This document shows positions 17,446 to 26,546 of a stretch of 32,000 nt of DNA, piece by piece (position 1 is the first letter of the stretch; each line of letters starts with the position of its first letter). Position numbers and translations under genes: made by a program. Under the pieces are notes generated by a model. It was not told where the DNA came from, made no database searches, and saw only the letters and a program-made list of their open reading frames with translations. The DNA is from Candidatus Hermodarchaeota archaeon. Its GTDB lineage: Archaea; Asgardarchaeota; Heimdallarchaeia; Hodarchaeales; Hodarchaeaceae. The stretch is taken from NCBI GenBank assembly GCA_048886185.1, contig JBHLKY010000009.1:150001-182000 (forward strand), written 5' to 3'.

Positions 17446-17967
17446 ATGGATTTTTTTGAGGTTATAATTAGAAATAAACGGTTTAAAGACTTTCAACCTA
17501 ATCAATTATTAACTCCTGAGCAAATTAAACAGTTATTAGCTTGTGCTCAATTGGCACCTTCATTGTCTGATGTCCAAAATTTCACTTTCATTATTGTTGA
17601 TGACTCAGAATTGAAGCAGCAAGTCGCGTCATATACAGAGGATTACGAGTGGATTAAGAATGCTGCTGCAATTTTTGCTGTCGTAGTTATTACTGACGAG
17701 GAAGATGATGTTAATATCATTGATGCTATTGTTTCAAGTTCTCAATTAATGATGGCTGCAACTTCTACTAGTTTAGGAAGTAATTTCATTGTAAATTTTG
17801 ACCAAGAAGCTGTTGCTAGTCTTCTCGGCGTTACTGATACTCGATTGGCTGTAATTGGCCTGATTCCTATCGGAATACCATCAGATGAGGGTTCCCAAGG
17901 ATACAAAAGAACCTTAGCAGAATTAAGTAATCACAATCAATTGGGAAAACCCTATCAATTTGACTGA
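17446..17967 (+). CDS. Nitroreductase-fold protein
   Basis: MDFFEVI..., QIKQLLACAQLAPS..Q, AATSTSLGS, VIGLIPIG; GAGG SD. Confidence 0.88.
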   Translation: MDFFEVIIRNKRFKDFQPNQLLTPEQIKQLLACAQLAPSLSDVQNFTFIIVDDSELKQQVASYTEDYEWIKNAAAIFAVVVITDEEDDVNIIDAIVSSSQLMMAATSTSLGSNFIVNFDQEAVASLLGVTDTRLAVIGLIPIGIPSDEGSQGYKRTLAELSNHNQLGKPYQFD

Positions 17968-18047
17968 TCCCCCTTTTCTGAATCTTATTAATCTCAAAAT
18001 ATGGTAAATTATTATGGACTAGAACCAGTATAGAAAGGGAAGCATTA

Positions 18048-18575
18048 ATGGATGTTTCAACTGATGCTAATAAGCATGAAAAAGAAATCTTAGTTATTAA
18101 GTTTAATTCAACTGAATTTGTGGTTTTTATTACTCAGATAGATGGTATTGCAGAGTTTGATGACCGATTTAAAAAAAATGAAAATGTAGATTTATGGTTG
18201 GGTAAATATTATAATCAAACAAAGATTATTCCTGTTCTTAATTTGAAAAAATACCTTCATTGCCCGAAAGTAGTATTTATCCCAACACTACAGTCAAGAA
18301 TTCTCTTTTTGAGTTATTCAGCAGGAATAAGTCCAAGTTCCGATTCATTAATAATTGGTGTTGGGATTGATTCAATTACTGGATTTTTTCCCTCAACAGC
18401 TTTTGAAGGAAAAATAGATATGGGAAATATCCTCTCTCCTGAGTTGAAATGCTTTAAAATACATTCATACATCCAGATTAATACAAAAAAATATCCTTAT
18501 CTAGATCTGAAAAAGCTTCTTGATTTCTCTTCATTAAAAAGTATTTTAGAACAACTCAAAACAGAAAACATTTAA
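18048..18575 (+). CDS. CheW-like domain protein
   Basis: Pattern LVIKF..EFVVFITQIDGI / LWLG..IIPVLNLKKYL / RILFL / IGVGIDSITG / PYLDLKKLL parallels CheW (IIPVIDL, VGLLVDSV, LLDLEKLL). Confidence 0.7.
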   Translation: MDVSTDANKHEKEILVIKFNSTEFVVFITQIDGIAEFDDRFKKNENVDLWLGKYYNQTKIIPVLNLKKYLHCPKVVFIPTLQSRILFLSYSAGISPSSDSLIIGVGIDSITGFFPSTAFEGKIDMGNILSPELKCFKIHSYIQINTKKYPYLDLKKLLDFSSLKSILEQLKTENI

Positions 18576-18636
18576 TAACAAGGCTTTCTCATTAATTTGA
18601 ATTGGAAACAAATTTGTGCTGAAGTGGGGTTAAACC

Positions 18637-20097
18637 GTGAAAATTATAGGGAATGCAATTAGAGTTTTCTGTCTTTATAAGAATCAGCATGAATTTGAAT
18701 CTTTTTTAAATACAACACTGGCTCAAAGTGAAACCCAGCGGTATCTAATCAGTTTTTCTAATTCTACTAATTCCTCTCCTAAACTTCACTCTTCTTTGGT
18801 TGATGGCTTTATAGCTACAATAATCAAGGTTCCAAAAAAGGTTACAGTGAAATGGAAGAAAACTGATTTTCTAATTTATATAAATAAATTCCTTGTCAAT
18901 TTCCCTGAAACATCGTCTCGTCAAAACTTCTTTCTTGATTTCACGAGAATTAAGGTAACAACAGGTTTTGTTAAATTCATCGAATCAACATTAGAAAAAA
19001 TAATTTCAAAGCATAAGATTTCTTATTCAATTTTCTCTCTCTTTCTTGAAAAAAATTTAGGAAAAAAACTTGTAACTCAACTAGCGTTTAATTATCCTTT
19101 TTTGTGCTTAGCAAACTCTAAAGTTCATCCCAATTTTTATTATGACCCCCAAAAGGGTAGTGGTAGATTTCCTACCAGCTTACAAGACCTCTATCAGCCA
19201 ATCCAAGTTCTTATGGAAGAACTAGAAAAGAATTCACTAGAATTTGATCGTTTAAACAAAGAACTATTTCTTTTATCAACCCATAACAGTGTTCTTGAGT
19301 CCTCTTTGGCCACATTCTTGACTATGGAAAGAGAAGGGAAGGGGGATAAAAGTGCTCCTGCTGATTTGATTTCTTTATCTGATTATCGAGATCTCAAACA
19401 GCGGTACAATGAAAAAATCTTAATGCTTTCTACCGTTAGTCATGATTTAAAATCTCCTATCGCTGCGATTCAAGGATTTGCTGAAATAATTCGAGATGGA
19501 TTAATTGGCGAAGTAACACCAGAGATGAAAAAACATCTGGAAATGATCGTGTCGAATTCCAAGAGATTGTCTCGAATGGTAGAAAGTATCATGGAGTATG
19601 AACAATATGATCGTCCTGATTTTGTTGCTGAAAGAGAGACATTCGACCTTGTCGAAATGATTAATGACGCAAAAATGTCAGTTTTACCTCAAATGATACA
19701 AAAAGATCAAGAAATTCAAATATACACTCCAGAATCATTAGAAATGGTTGGAAATCGTGAGCTCTTGTTAAGAGCCATACAAAATATCTTAGATAACGCA
19801 GTAAAATATACCCCTCCTAAGAAAGGAAGAATTGAGTTGTTTGCTGAAGAACAAAGCATTAAAGGAACTAAAAGCATAAAAATTACTATAAATGATAATG
19901 GCTATGGATTCAATCCGAAGAATTTAACACGAGTTTTTGAACCATTCACACGTTTTGAGCCAGGTTCAACCTCAACGGGCTTGGGATTATCAATAGTACA
20001 CAAAATAATAACGTCAATTCACGATGGAACAGTTGAAATTACATCACCAGGGAGAAAGAAAGGAACGACAGTAACGATCTTACTTCCGAAAACATAA
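18637..20097 (+). CDS. Cytoplasmic sensor histidine kinase (putative MEDS-like input, HisKA, HATPase_c)
   Basis: H-box VSHDLKSPIAAIQG, N-box QNILDNAVKY, G1 NDNGYG, F-box FEPF, G2 GLGLSIV; no TM; GGGGT SD before GTG. Confidence 0.93.
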   Translation: MKIIGNAIRVFCLYKNQHEFESFLNTTLAQSETQRYLISFSNSTNSSPKLHSSLVDGFIATIIKVPKKVTVKWKKTDFLIYINKFLVNFPETSSRQNFFLDFTRIKVTTGFVKFIESTLEKIISKHKISYSIFSLFLEKNLGKKLVTQLAFNYPFLCLANSKVHPNFYYDPQKGSGRFPTSLQDLYQPIQVLMEELEKNSLEFDRLNKELFLLSTHNSVLESSLATFLTMEREGKGDKSAPADLISLSDYRDLKQRYNEKILMLSTVSHDLKSPIAAIQGFAEIIRDGLIGEVTPEMKKHLEMIVSNSKRLSRMVESIMEYEQYDRPDFVAERETFDLVEMINDAKMSVLPQMIQKDQEIQIYTPESLEMVGNRELLLRAIQNILDNAVKYTPPKKGRIELFAEEQSIKGTKSIKITINDNGYGFNPKNLTRVFEPFTRFEPGSTSTGLGLSIVHKIITSIHDGTVEITSPGRKKGTTVTILLPKT

Positions 20098-20207
20098 ACA
20101 AAAAATCTTTATTAAAACGTAATAAGAGTATTCATATTAGAAATCAATTCAATAAAGTTTTCAAAACTATCCCTCTTTCCAAATAAACCTTCAAAGAGAT
20201 TTTAACA

Positions 20208-20540
20208 TTGGAAATCAATCCTCTTAAGCACTTAGAAAAGGAATATGCACTCCTGATCTTGCAGTACCTCCATTTGAATCCTAATGGACGTACATTTGAA
20301 CAGATTTTTACTTCGATAGAACATAAAGCTGAAGCATCTAAAGTTAAATCTAGAATTAGAATGCTTCTTGATTTAGGTCTGATTTTTGAACTTAAGGGAA
20401 GAGAAGAGTTTGAAGTTCTCTATGCCCTTACTGATCGTGGAAGGTGTGCTAGCGAGGTTGTATGGGATCTTTTTAGAATTATATTAAATCCTCGAGATGA
20501 TGATGGAAGTGGGCGTGATCTCTTGGATTTCTACCGTTAG
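20208..20540 (+). CDS. Winged-HTH transcriptional regulator (HxlR/MarR-like)
   Basis: LILQYL..GRTFEQI..SRIRMLLDLGLI..YALTDRG pattern. Confidence 0.8.
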   Translation: MEINPLKHLEKEYALLILQYLHLNPNGRTFEQIFTSIEHKAEASKVKSRIRMLLDLGLIFELKGREEFEVLYALTDRGRCASEVVWDLFRIILNPRDDDGSGRDLLDFYR

Positions 20541-20634
20541 ATTCCCCTACTCTCCTTTCTTTCTTTTAAATGAATTAAAATTTCCTCAATTTATTCAAAT
20601 AACTAATTTAAACTCTTTCTAAGGAAGAATTTCC

Positions 20635-21660
20635 ATGTCTTTCGCGCCTAAAAAATTGCAGTTACTTCTTAAAAAGCAAAAATATCAACTTTTTGGAAAG
20701 AATACCTCTGTCAAGAAGTGTAATTGGACACATAATGCCTTAAAAGAAGACCGTTTCTGTTATAAACGATTTTACGGAATTCAATCTCATCGTTGTGTCC
20801 AATTCTCCCCCACATTAATATGTAATTTTTCTTGTCAATTTTGTTGGCGTATTCATGAATCTGATATTGGTTTACAAAATATGTTTCATGAATATAATTC
20901 CAAAGATCCCCTACAACTAGATGAAGTCTTTGATTCTCCTAAAGAGGTTGTTAAGGGCATCCTAGCTGGCCAAAGAAGAATTATTTGTGGATACAAACCA
21001 TATATTCCTCCTGTTAAATATAAGGAGGCAATGAATCCAATACACGCTACGATGAGTTTGACAGGAGAACCTTTTCTATATCCGTGGATCCCAGAGTTAA
21101 TCCGCGAATTAAAAGAGCAAAATATGACCATCTTCATTGTTACTAATGGAACTATACCTAGATCTTTACATATGATTTTAGAAACAAAGGATTTTCCCAC
21201 TCAACTTTATGTTACACTTCCTACTCCAGGTTTAAAGAATTTTTTTCGGACTCATCGCCCTTTAGAGAAGGAATTAGCTCTAGAACGGATTTGGGATACA
21301 ATACACATGATTGGAAAAGGTGTCCCTTTTCGTACGGTTGCTCGTTTAACTCTTGCTGAGGGATTTAATCTCCTAGAACCTCAAGGATATGCGGAAATGA
21401 TTGAAGTAATGGCCCCATCCTTCATAGAAGTGAAAGGTGTCGTTCATGTAGGTGCCACTGAGAAAAGGATTCCAAGATCTGCTATGCCTTCTCATAAACG
21501 TATTTATTCATTTGCTCAGGTGATAGAGAAATTAACAGGCTATAAAATCGTTAAAGAATCTGATATTAGTCGTTTAGTAATATTATCAAACGAAAAAGTA
21601 CCTCTAATAATTCCAGAACTAAGAAATCTGACTTCATTCGCGTCTCAAAATTATAATTAA
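20635..21660 (+). CDS. taw1: 4-demethylwyosine synthase TYW1/Taw1 (radical SAM tRNA-modifying enzyme)
   Basis: VKKCNWT, CYKRFYGIQSHRCVQFSP, CNFSCQFCWR, SLTGEP, VTNG, PTQLYV, FIEVKG. Confidence 0.96.
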   Translation: MSFAPKKLQLLLKKQKYQLFGKNTSVKKCNWTHNALKEDRFCYKRFYGIQSHRCVQFSPTLICNFSCQFCWRIHESDIGLQNMFHEYNSKDPLQLDEVFDSPKEVVKGILAGQRRIICGYKPYIPPVKYKEAMNPIHATMSLTGEPFLYPWIPELIRELKEQNMTIFIVTNGTIPRSLHMILETKDFPTQLYVTLPTPGLKNFFRTHRPLEKELALERIWDTIHMIGKGVPFRTVARLTLAEGFNLLEPQGYAEMIEVMAPSFIEVKGVVHVGATEKRIPRSAMPSHKRIYSFAQVIEKLTGYKIVKESDISRLVILSNEKVPLIIPELRNLTSFASQNYN

Positions 21661-21880
21661 TTGAAAAAATATTTAATATCCCTTTTTAAAGATTACATGC
21701 TACATTCAAATAATTGCTAGTGATTTTATACAGGAAACACACCAATTCTATAAACTCGTAACTCAAGAAGGAGACTTTTTTGAGATGGACCTTTGATACT
21801 TACTGAAGTTTTGATAATAATTTACGGTGAAAAAATGATTCATTTGACAGGATGAATAAATGATAATAGGTGTCAATAAG

Positions 21881-22081
21881 ATGAAACTTGCTGAAAAAAC
21901 AATTGATTCAGTCACACGATTAAAGCTGAAATCTGGAACAGCTATTGAAATTCACATGATTAATCAGGATAATAAAGCTAGTAGATTAATTATTGAAAGA
22001 GATGACAAAGGGCTAACCCTTGAAAATGATGAGATCTCTGACTTCATTGCTTTATTTAATGAATTTTTAGAAGGTATTTAG
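21881..22081 (+). CDS. Small protein (66 aa), putative PC4/PUR-like fold
   Basis: AGGTG SD 7 nt before ATG 21881; aligns without gaps from Met1 to the N-terminus of the next gene; KGLTLENDEISDFIALF resembles the PC4 KGISL-plus-helix motif. Confidence 0.75.
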   Translation: MKLAEKTIDSVTRLKLKSGTAIEIHMINQDNKASRLIIERDDKGLTLENDEISDFIALFNEFLEGI

Positions 22082-22104
22082 GCCTATTTAGGAGCTGAAA
22101 TTTC

Positions 22105-23196
22105 TTGGAAATTGAATATCGGAATAAATGTGTAGTCACTTGGTGTTTGGATCGGGATGGACCTCAAATCTGTTTACGCGCCATAGCTAGGGAGAATAAA
22201 TTAAGAACAATTGAGATTGTGAGCAAAGATTTTAGTCTAGAATTTGAGGAGGAAGAAGCTAGAGCTTTTCTAAACATCTTAAGTCAATTAGCAGGAACTG
22301 GTCTTACGAAACCAGTAATCAAATATCCTGAGACTGAAATTTCAAAGATTTCTGAACAGAAGGCTCTAGGATCTATACTTGAATCTATGAAGTCCGAGAT
22401 TTCCGAAACTGCTTCTGAAATTGTAGAACCAGAGACCATTGAAGCCATTCCTGCGGAACTTGAGGTTTCTGAACCTTCTCCTGATTATGGGAAACCAGAA
22501 GTTCCTGTAAGTGTGTCAACGTTTACAGAGGTTGAAACTCCCTCTTCTAGTCTGGAAATCAAGGAGGAACTAATCCCCCAAGATCCTGATTCTTCTGAAA
22601 TAATACAGATCTTAAAACAATCCGAACATACTTATTCTGAAGTTACTCCTAGTTCTCCTAACGAAGATTTTATGGATAAGCAGGCTACAATCCCTCATAT
22701 AGCTAAAGATAGTAAGATTCAGGAAAAATCCATTATCTCCAAATTAACCCGGATTCAAGAACAAACTGAAGATTTAGAACCTGATATCGAGACAGCCTCA
22801 TTCTTTCGGAAATCCATTACAAAAAGTCCCCTTGAAATGTTACTCGAAGAAGATAAGACCACAGAAGAGTCTTTTTCAGAAGATATTCAAGGTGAAGAAC
22901 CACAAAAAACCTATCCACAGACTAAACCTGCTTATAAACCTGAAGATTTACATACTGAAGCCTTCTTTAGCAAATTCGACACAAAATTATCAAGAGATCT
23001 TCAACCTAAACCTGAATTTCAACCAGAACCAAAAACAAGAACTGAGCCAGAATTCAAACATGCTGTTCAATTGAAGCCCACTCCAACGTTAGCTAAAAAA
23101 GAACCACCTAAAACTGATGTAGAACGAAGAGCCGCGATCGAAAAAGAGAGAGCTGAAAGAAGACGACGATTGTGGGAATTAACACGTGGTTTTTAA
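22105..23196 (+). CDS. Hypothetical protein: N-terminal paralog of the upstream small protein, acidic/Pro-rich disordered region, basic C-terminal helix
   Basis: 363-aa ORF; E/P/S/K-rich central region; ends ERAERRRRLWELTRGF. Confidence 0.8.
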   Translation: MEIEYRNKCVVTWCLDRDGPQICLRAIARENKLRTIEIVSKDFSLEFEEEEARAFLNILSQLAGTGLTKPVIKYPETEISKISEQKALGSILESMKSEISETASEIVEPETIEAIPAELEVSEPSPDYGKPEVPVSVSTFTEVETPSSSLEIKEELIPQDPDSSEIIQILKQSEHTYSEVTPSSPNEDFMDKQATIPHIAKDSKIQEKSIISKLTRIQEQTEDLEPDIETASFFRKSITKSPLEMLLEEDKTTEESFSEDIQGEEPQKTYPQTKPAYKPEDLHTEAFFSKFDTKLSRDLQPKPEFQPEPKTRTEPEFKHAVQLKPTPTLAKKEPPKTDVERRAAIEKERAERRRRLWELTRGF

Positions 23197-23247
23197 CTAA
23201 AACTATCGTTTTATCATCTCTTAACAAGTGATATGAGTTTCTTTTAA

Positions 23248-23889
23248 ATGGTAAGTTCTAGAAAACCCATATCTGGGATAATTTTTGATGCTGGTGATAT
23301 TCTTGTTCATAAAATTCCTGATAATAAATTGAAAATTTGGGATGAAGTTTCAAATGTCTTAAATAATTCTAAGATCGATTTTCAAACTCAATTCACCAAT
23401 TTATATGATAAAGTTAGAACACTTGGTGCTAATTTTAGCTCTGAATGTGTTTCAACAAGCTTATCAGAATACAATTTAATTAAAATTTCTTTGATTGAGA
23501 AGTATGAAATTGAAAAGTGGTGGGAAAACCCTGATCCATTAACATTTGAGACAATATCTAAATTGTGGGAGTTAGGGTATAAAATTGGAATTTTAACGGA
23601 CAGTGCACTTCCCTCCAGCATTATTAGGGAGGTTTTGGGTCGAATGTCTAATTTTTTTCATCAAATTGTATCCTCACGTGACATTGGAGTAATGAAACCT
23701 GATAAAAAGATGTATTCCTCAATTATTTCAGCATTAAGGATATTGCCTAGAAGAGCTTTATTCATCGCTCATGATCCTGATGAGATAAAAGGTGCAATAG
23801 AATCGGGTCTTTTAATTGAAAATTATGAAGCAATAGGAAATCTACAAAAATTAGTAGAAGTGATTCAACAAAAGTATTTTTATAGGTAA
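23248..23889 (+). CDS. HAD-superfamily hydrolase (IA-like)
   Basis: IIFDAGDIL (motif I variant), GILTDS, MKPD, ALFIAHDPDEI (motif IV variant). Confidence 0.88.
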   Translation: MVSSRKPISGIIFDAGDILVHKIPDNKLKIWDEVSNVLNNSKIDFQTQFTNLYDKVRTLGANFSSECVSTSLSEYNLIKISLIEKYEIEKWWENPDPLTFETISKLWELGYKIGILTDSALPSSIIREVLGRMSNFFHQIVSSRDIGVMKPDKKMYSSIISALRILPRRALFIAHDPDEIKGAIESGLLIENYEAIGNLQKLVEVIQQKYFYR

Positions 23890-23905
23890 AAGATGGTGTT
23901 GAAAG

Positions 23906-25102
23906 TTGCAAGTAGAGGATAGTTATCTACCTTTTGTTACAATATTGCACGCATATCAACCTCCAACTCAAGAAACGACAATTCTCGATCGTATTGTGAA
24001 GCAGAGCTATTTACCTGTTGCACTGGCTTTACAAAATAATCCCACACTTAAAATAACCTTGAATATCAATGCTAGTCTTACAGAAATGTTAGAAGACGAT
24101 TATTTAGTGGTAATCGAGAAATTTGCCGAGCTTGGTCGTAATAATCAGGTTGAATTTTTAGATTCTGGAGCTTATCATCCGATATTACCGCTTCTATCTC
24201 AAAAGGAAGCCAAAAAACAGATTCAGTTGAATCAAAAAATCAACTCACGAATTTTTGGTTCTGTTTGGAAGCCCCGGGGTTTCTGGCCACCTGAACTTGC
24301 TGTTTCTGAAACCCTCGCGACTCTTATAGAATCCTTAGGATACGAATATATGATAGTTCCAGAGGTTTCAGTCAGCTCAAACTCTCCATTTCCTACTCCT
24401 TTGCTTACACGATTACCTATCCATCCGAGTGCCCCAAAATTGTTTCTTATAAACAGAAATCGTGATTTTTCAAACAATATATCTTTTAGAAGATATGCAA
24501 CAATTCAAAATGTCATAGAACATTTTATTAAGTTAAGAACAGTACAACCTGATGGAATATTGGTGTTTGCAACAGATTTAGAAACTTTTGGGGAGCACCA
24601 TCCCAATTATGAAGAGTTTTTAATTCAAATCCTTCAATCTACAGAGACAAAAAATGTTTCTGAGATTTTAAATCTTCCTAAACAGCCTATCATAGAGTTC
24701 CGAAGTAGCAGTTGGAGTACTTCCGAAGAAGATCTCTATCGAGATATTCCATTTCCTCTTTGGGCTTATCCAGGAAATAGTATTCACGAGCTGTTAAATT
24801 TTCATTCTGATTTAGTGTCTGAAACTCTTGAATTTTTACTTTCAAGAAAAAATGAGACAGAATATGAAGTAAAAATGGCTTTAAAAGCTGTAGCTAAAGC
24901 CCAACACTCATGTCAAACTTGGTGGGCCTCAACTAAATCTCATTTCAGCAAAAATTTAATCAGGAAGGGTTTTGAGGCACAAAAATCTGCACTCGATCTG
25001 ACTTTAATGGCCATTGGATCTGAAAGTGAATATTCCATTCTAGAAGCGGTATCTGATCGGATTGAGAAACGATTAGAACGATACTTAGCTCGTATTCAGT
25101 AA
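23906..25102 (+). CDS. Glycoside hydrolase family 57 protein
   Basis: LHAYQP, YHPILPL, GFWPPELA (nucleophile Glu), DLETFGEH (acid Asp). Confidence 0.92.
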   Translation: MQVEDSYLPFVTILHAYQPPTQETTILDRIVKQSYLPVALALQNNPTLKITLNINASLTEMLEDDYLVVIEKFAELGRNNQVEFLDSGAYHPILPLLSQKEAKKQIQLNQKINSRIFGSVWKPRGFWPPELAVSETLATLIESLGYEYMIVPEVSVSSNSPFPTPLLTRLPIHPSAPKLFLINRNRDFSNNISFRRYATIQNVIEHFIKLRTVQPDGILVFATDLETFGEHHPNYEEFLIQILQSTETKNVSEILNLPKQPIIEFRSSSWSTSEEDLYRDIPFPLWAYPGNSIHELLNFHSDLVSETLEFLLSRKNETEYEVKMALKAVAKAQHSCQTWWASTKSHFSKNLIRKGFEAQKSALDLTLMAIGSESEYSILEAVSDRIEKRLERYLARIQ

Positions 25103-25134
25103 GTTTGGTTAATATTTAAGGAGTCAGAGTTTAG

Positions 25135-26478
25135 ATGAAAGCTGAGACTCTTCTCAAAGAATTAATACAGTTTAAGACAATAAATGATCCTGCAAGGGAT
25201 ATTCGTCCTGATCCTGATATCTTATTTTATATAGAAAAACTAGTAAAAAAATGGAATCCAGAATTAGAAGTTAAAATATTTGAAGATCAAGGATACTCGT
25301 CTATCTTTTTTGCTAAAAATCCGATAAAAATTGATATCCTCTTCATGGGTCATCTTGATGTAGTTCCTGTAAGTGATGGATGGTCATCCGACCCTTTCAC
25401 ATTGAGGATTGACTCAAAATCAGGTCTGGGATATGCTCGTGGGTCAAAAGATTGTAAAGGATCAGTTGTTTCAGCATTACTTATGCTAGAAAAATCTTGT
25501 AAAGAGAAAAATCCATTCTTAAAACAAATCGGTTTCTTCTTGTCACTAGATGAAGAATCAGGAGGCAGATCTGGTGCAAAGGTTTTTTTCGATCATATTT
25601 TAAAGAATCCCCCAAAATTTGTAATTAATGTGGATGGAGGTCCAAGAGTAGTTCATAAACGTCGAGCTGGGTTCGGAGTGAAAATTAATCTCCCACCGAA
25701 ACACATAGATTCTTTTGGTTTGATAAAAAAACAACGTTGTAATACACACATAATTGGAGAAGAAAATCGTCATAGTGCATATTTTGTTAGAGGATGTGAT
25801 TCACATTCTGTAGTGGCACTCTCTAAATTACTACATCTACATAGAGATTGGCGTGTCAAAGAAATAAATGGAGCTTGGATAAAAGGAAATGTAATACCTG
25901 ATTTCATAGAAGCTTCTATAGTTCAACTTGACAAAGAAGTAGAATCTAAAGTCTCTTATGATGAAAATCTTACAAATATTCTTCAGAAAATTCGTAGTTT
26001 AATATTAATAGACTTACCTACAGAGGTGCGAAGTGAATTTGGGATTACAGTTAACCCAAATATCATATCTTACTCCACCACGAAAGGTACCGAAGTTTAT
26101 TTCGACGTTAGAGCTTTTATTTCGTCGGAAAAAACGAAAATGTTGATTGATGCTTTCAAACAAAGATTAGAAGGCCTATCTCATGAAGCGGTCATTTCTT
26201 GTCCAGGTACATCAGGGTTTTTTCATACTCCAAAAGATAGCTTCCTTGTAAAGATCGCAACAACTGTATTAGAAAAGCATTCATTGTTTTCAGAAGCTTG
26301 TGAACAGGAGGGAGCATCAGATGCTCGCTATGCAACTGATATTCCAGTTATTGATTTAGGTCCAAAAGGAGGAAATATTCACGGAAATAATGAATTCATT
26401 GATCTAGAATCAATGAAGGAGTTTGCCACAATTTATGAGGAAATTGTGTCTCTTCTTATCAGACTAAAATCAGCTTAA
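25135..26478 (+). CDS. M20/M25/M40 metallopeptidase/deacylase (DapE/ArgE-like)
   Basis: GHLDVVP, ARGSKDCKG, DEESG, GASDARY, GNIHGNNE. Confidence 0.92.
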   Translation: MKAETLLKELIQFKTINDPARDIRPDPDILFYIEKLVKKWNPELEVKIFEDQGYSSIFFAKNPIKIDILFMGHLDVVPVSDGWSSDPFTLRIDSKSGLGYARGSKDCKGSVVSALLMLEKSCKEKNPFLKQIGFFLSLDEESGGRSGAKVFFDHILKNPPKFVINVDGGPRVVHKRRAGFGVKINLPPKHIDSFGLIKKQRCNTHIIGEENRHSAYFVRGCDSHSVVALSKLLHLHRDWRVKEINGAWIKGNVIPDFIEASIVQLDKEVESKVSYDENLTNILQKIRSLILIDLPTEVRSEFGITVNPNIISYSTTKGTEVYFDVRAFISSEKTKMLIDAFKQRLEGLSHEAVISCPGTSGFFHTPKDSFLVKIATTVLEKHSLFSEACEQEGASDARYATDIPVIDLGPKGGNIHGNNEFIDLESMKEFATIYEEIVSLLIRLKSA

Positions 26479-26507
26479 GGATTCGTCTCTCTAATATTGG
26501 CTTCATT

Positions 26508-26535
26508 AAAAGAAAAAAGGAAAAAAAGAGGAAAA
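26508..26535 (-). terminator. Oligo-U terminator of the histone gene
   Basis: Several U-runs on the minus strand directly after the TAA. Confidence 0.6.
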
Positions 26536-26546
26536 GTGTTTTTTGC

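Noticed and set aside
23150-23196. C-terminal RRRRLWELTR as an ESCRT-III MIM1 motif
   Set aside because: Lacks the first Leu and the acidic residue of D/ExxLxxRLxxL(K/R); no ESCRT genes nearby
26500-26546. Eukaryote-style histone 3' stem-loop
   Set aside because: Only U-tracts follow the stop; no 6-bp stem with a 4-nt loop
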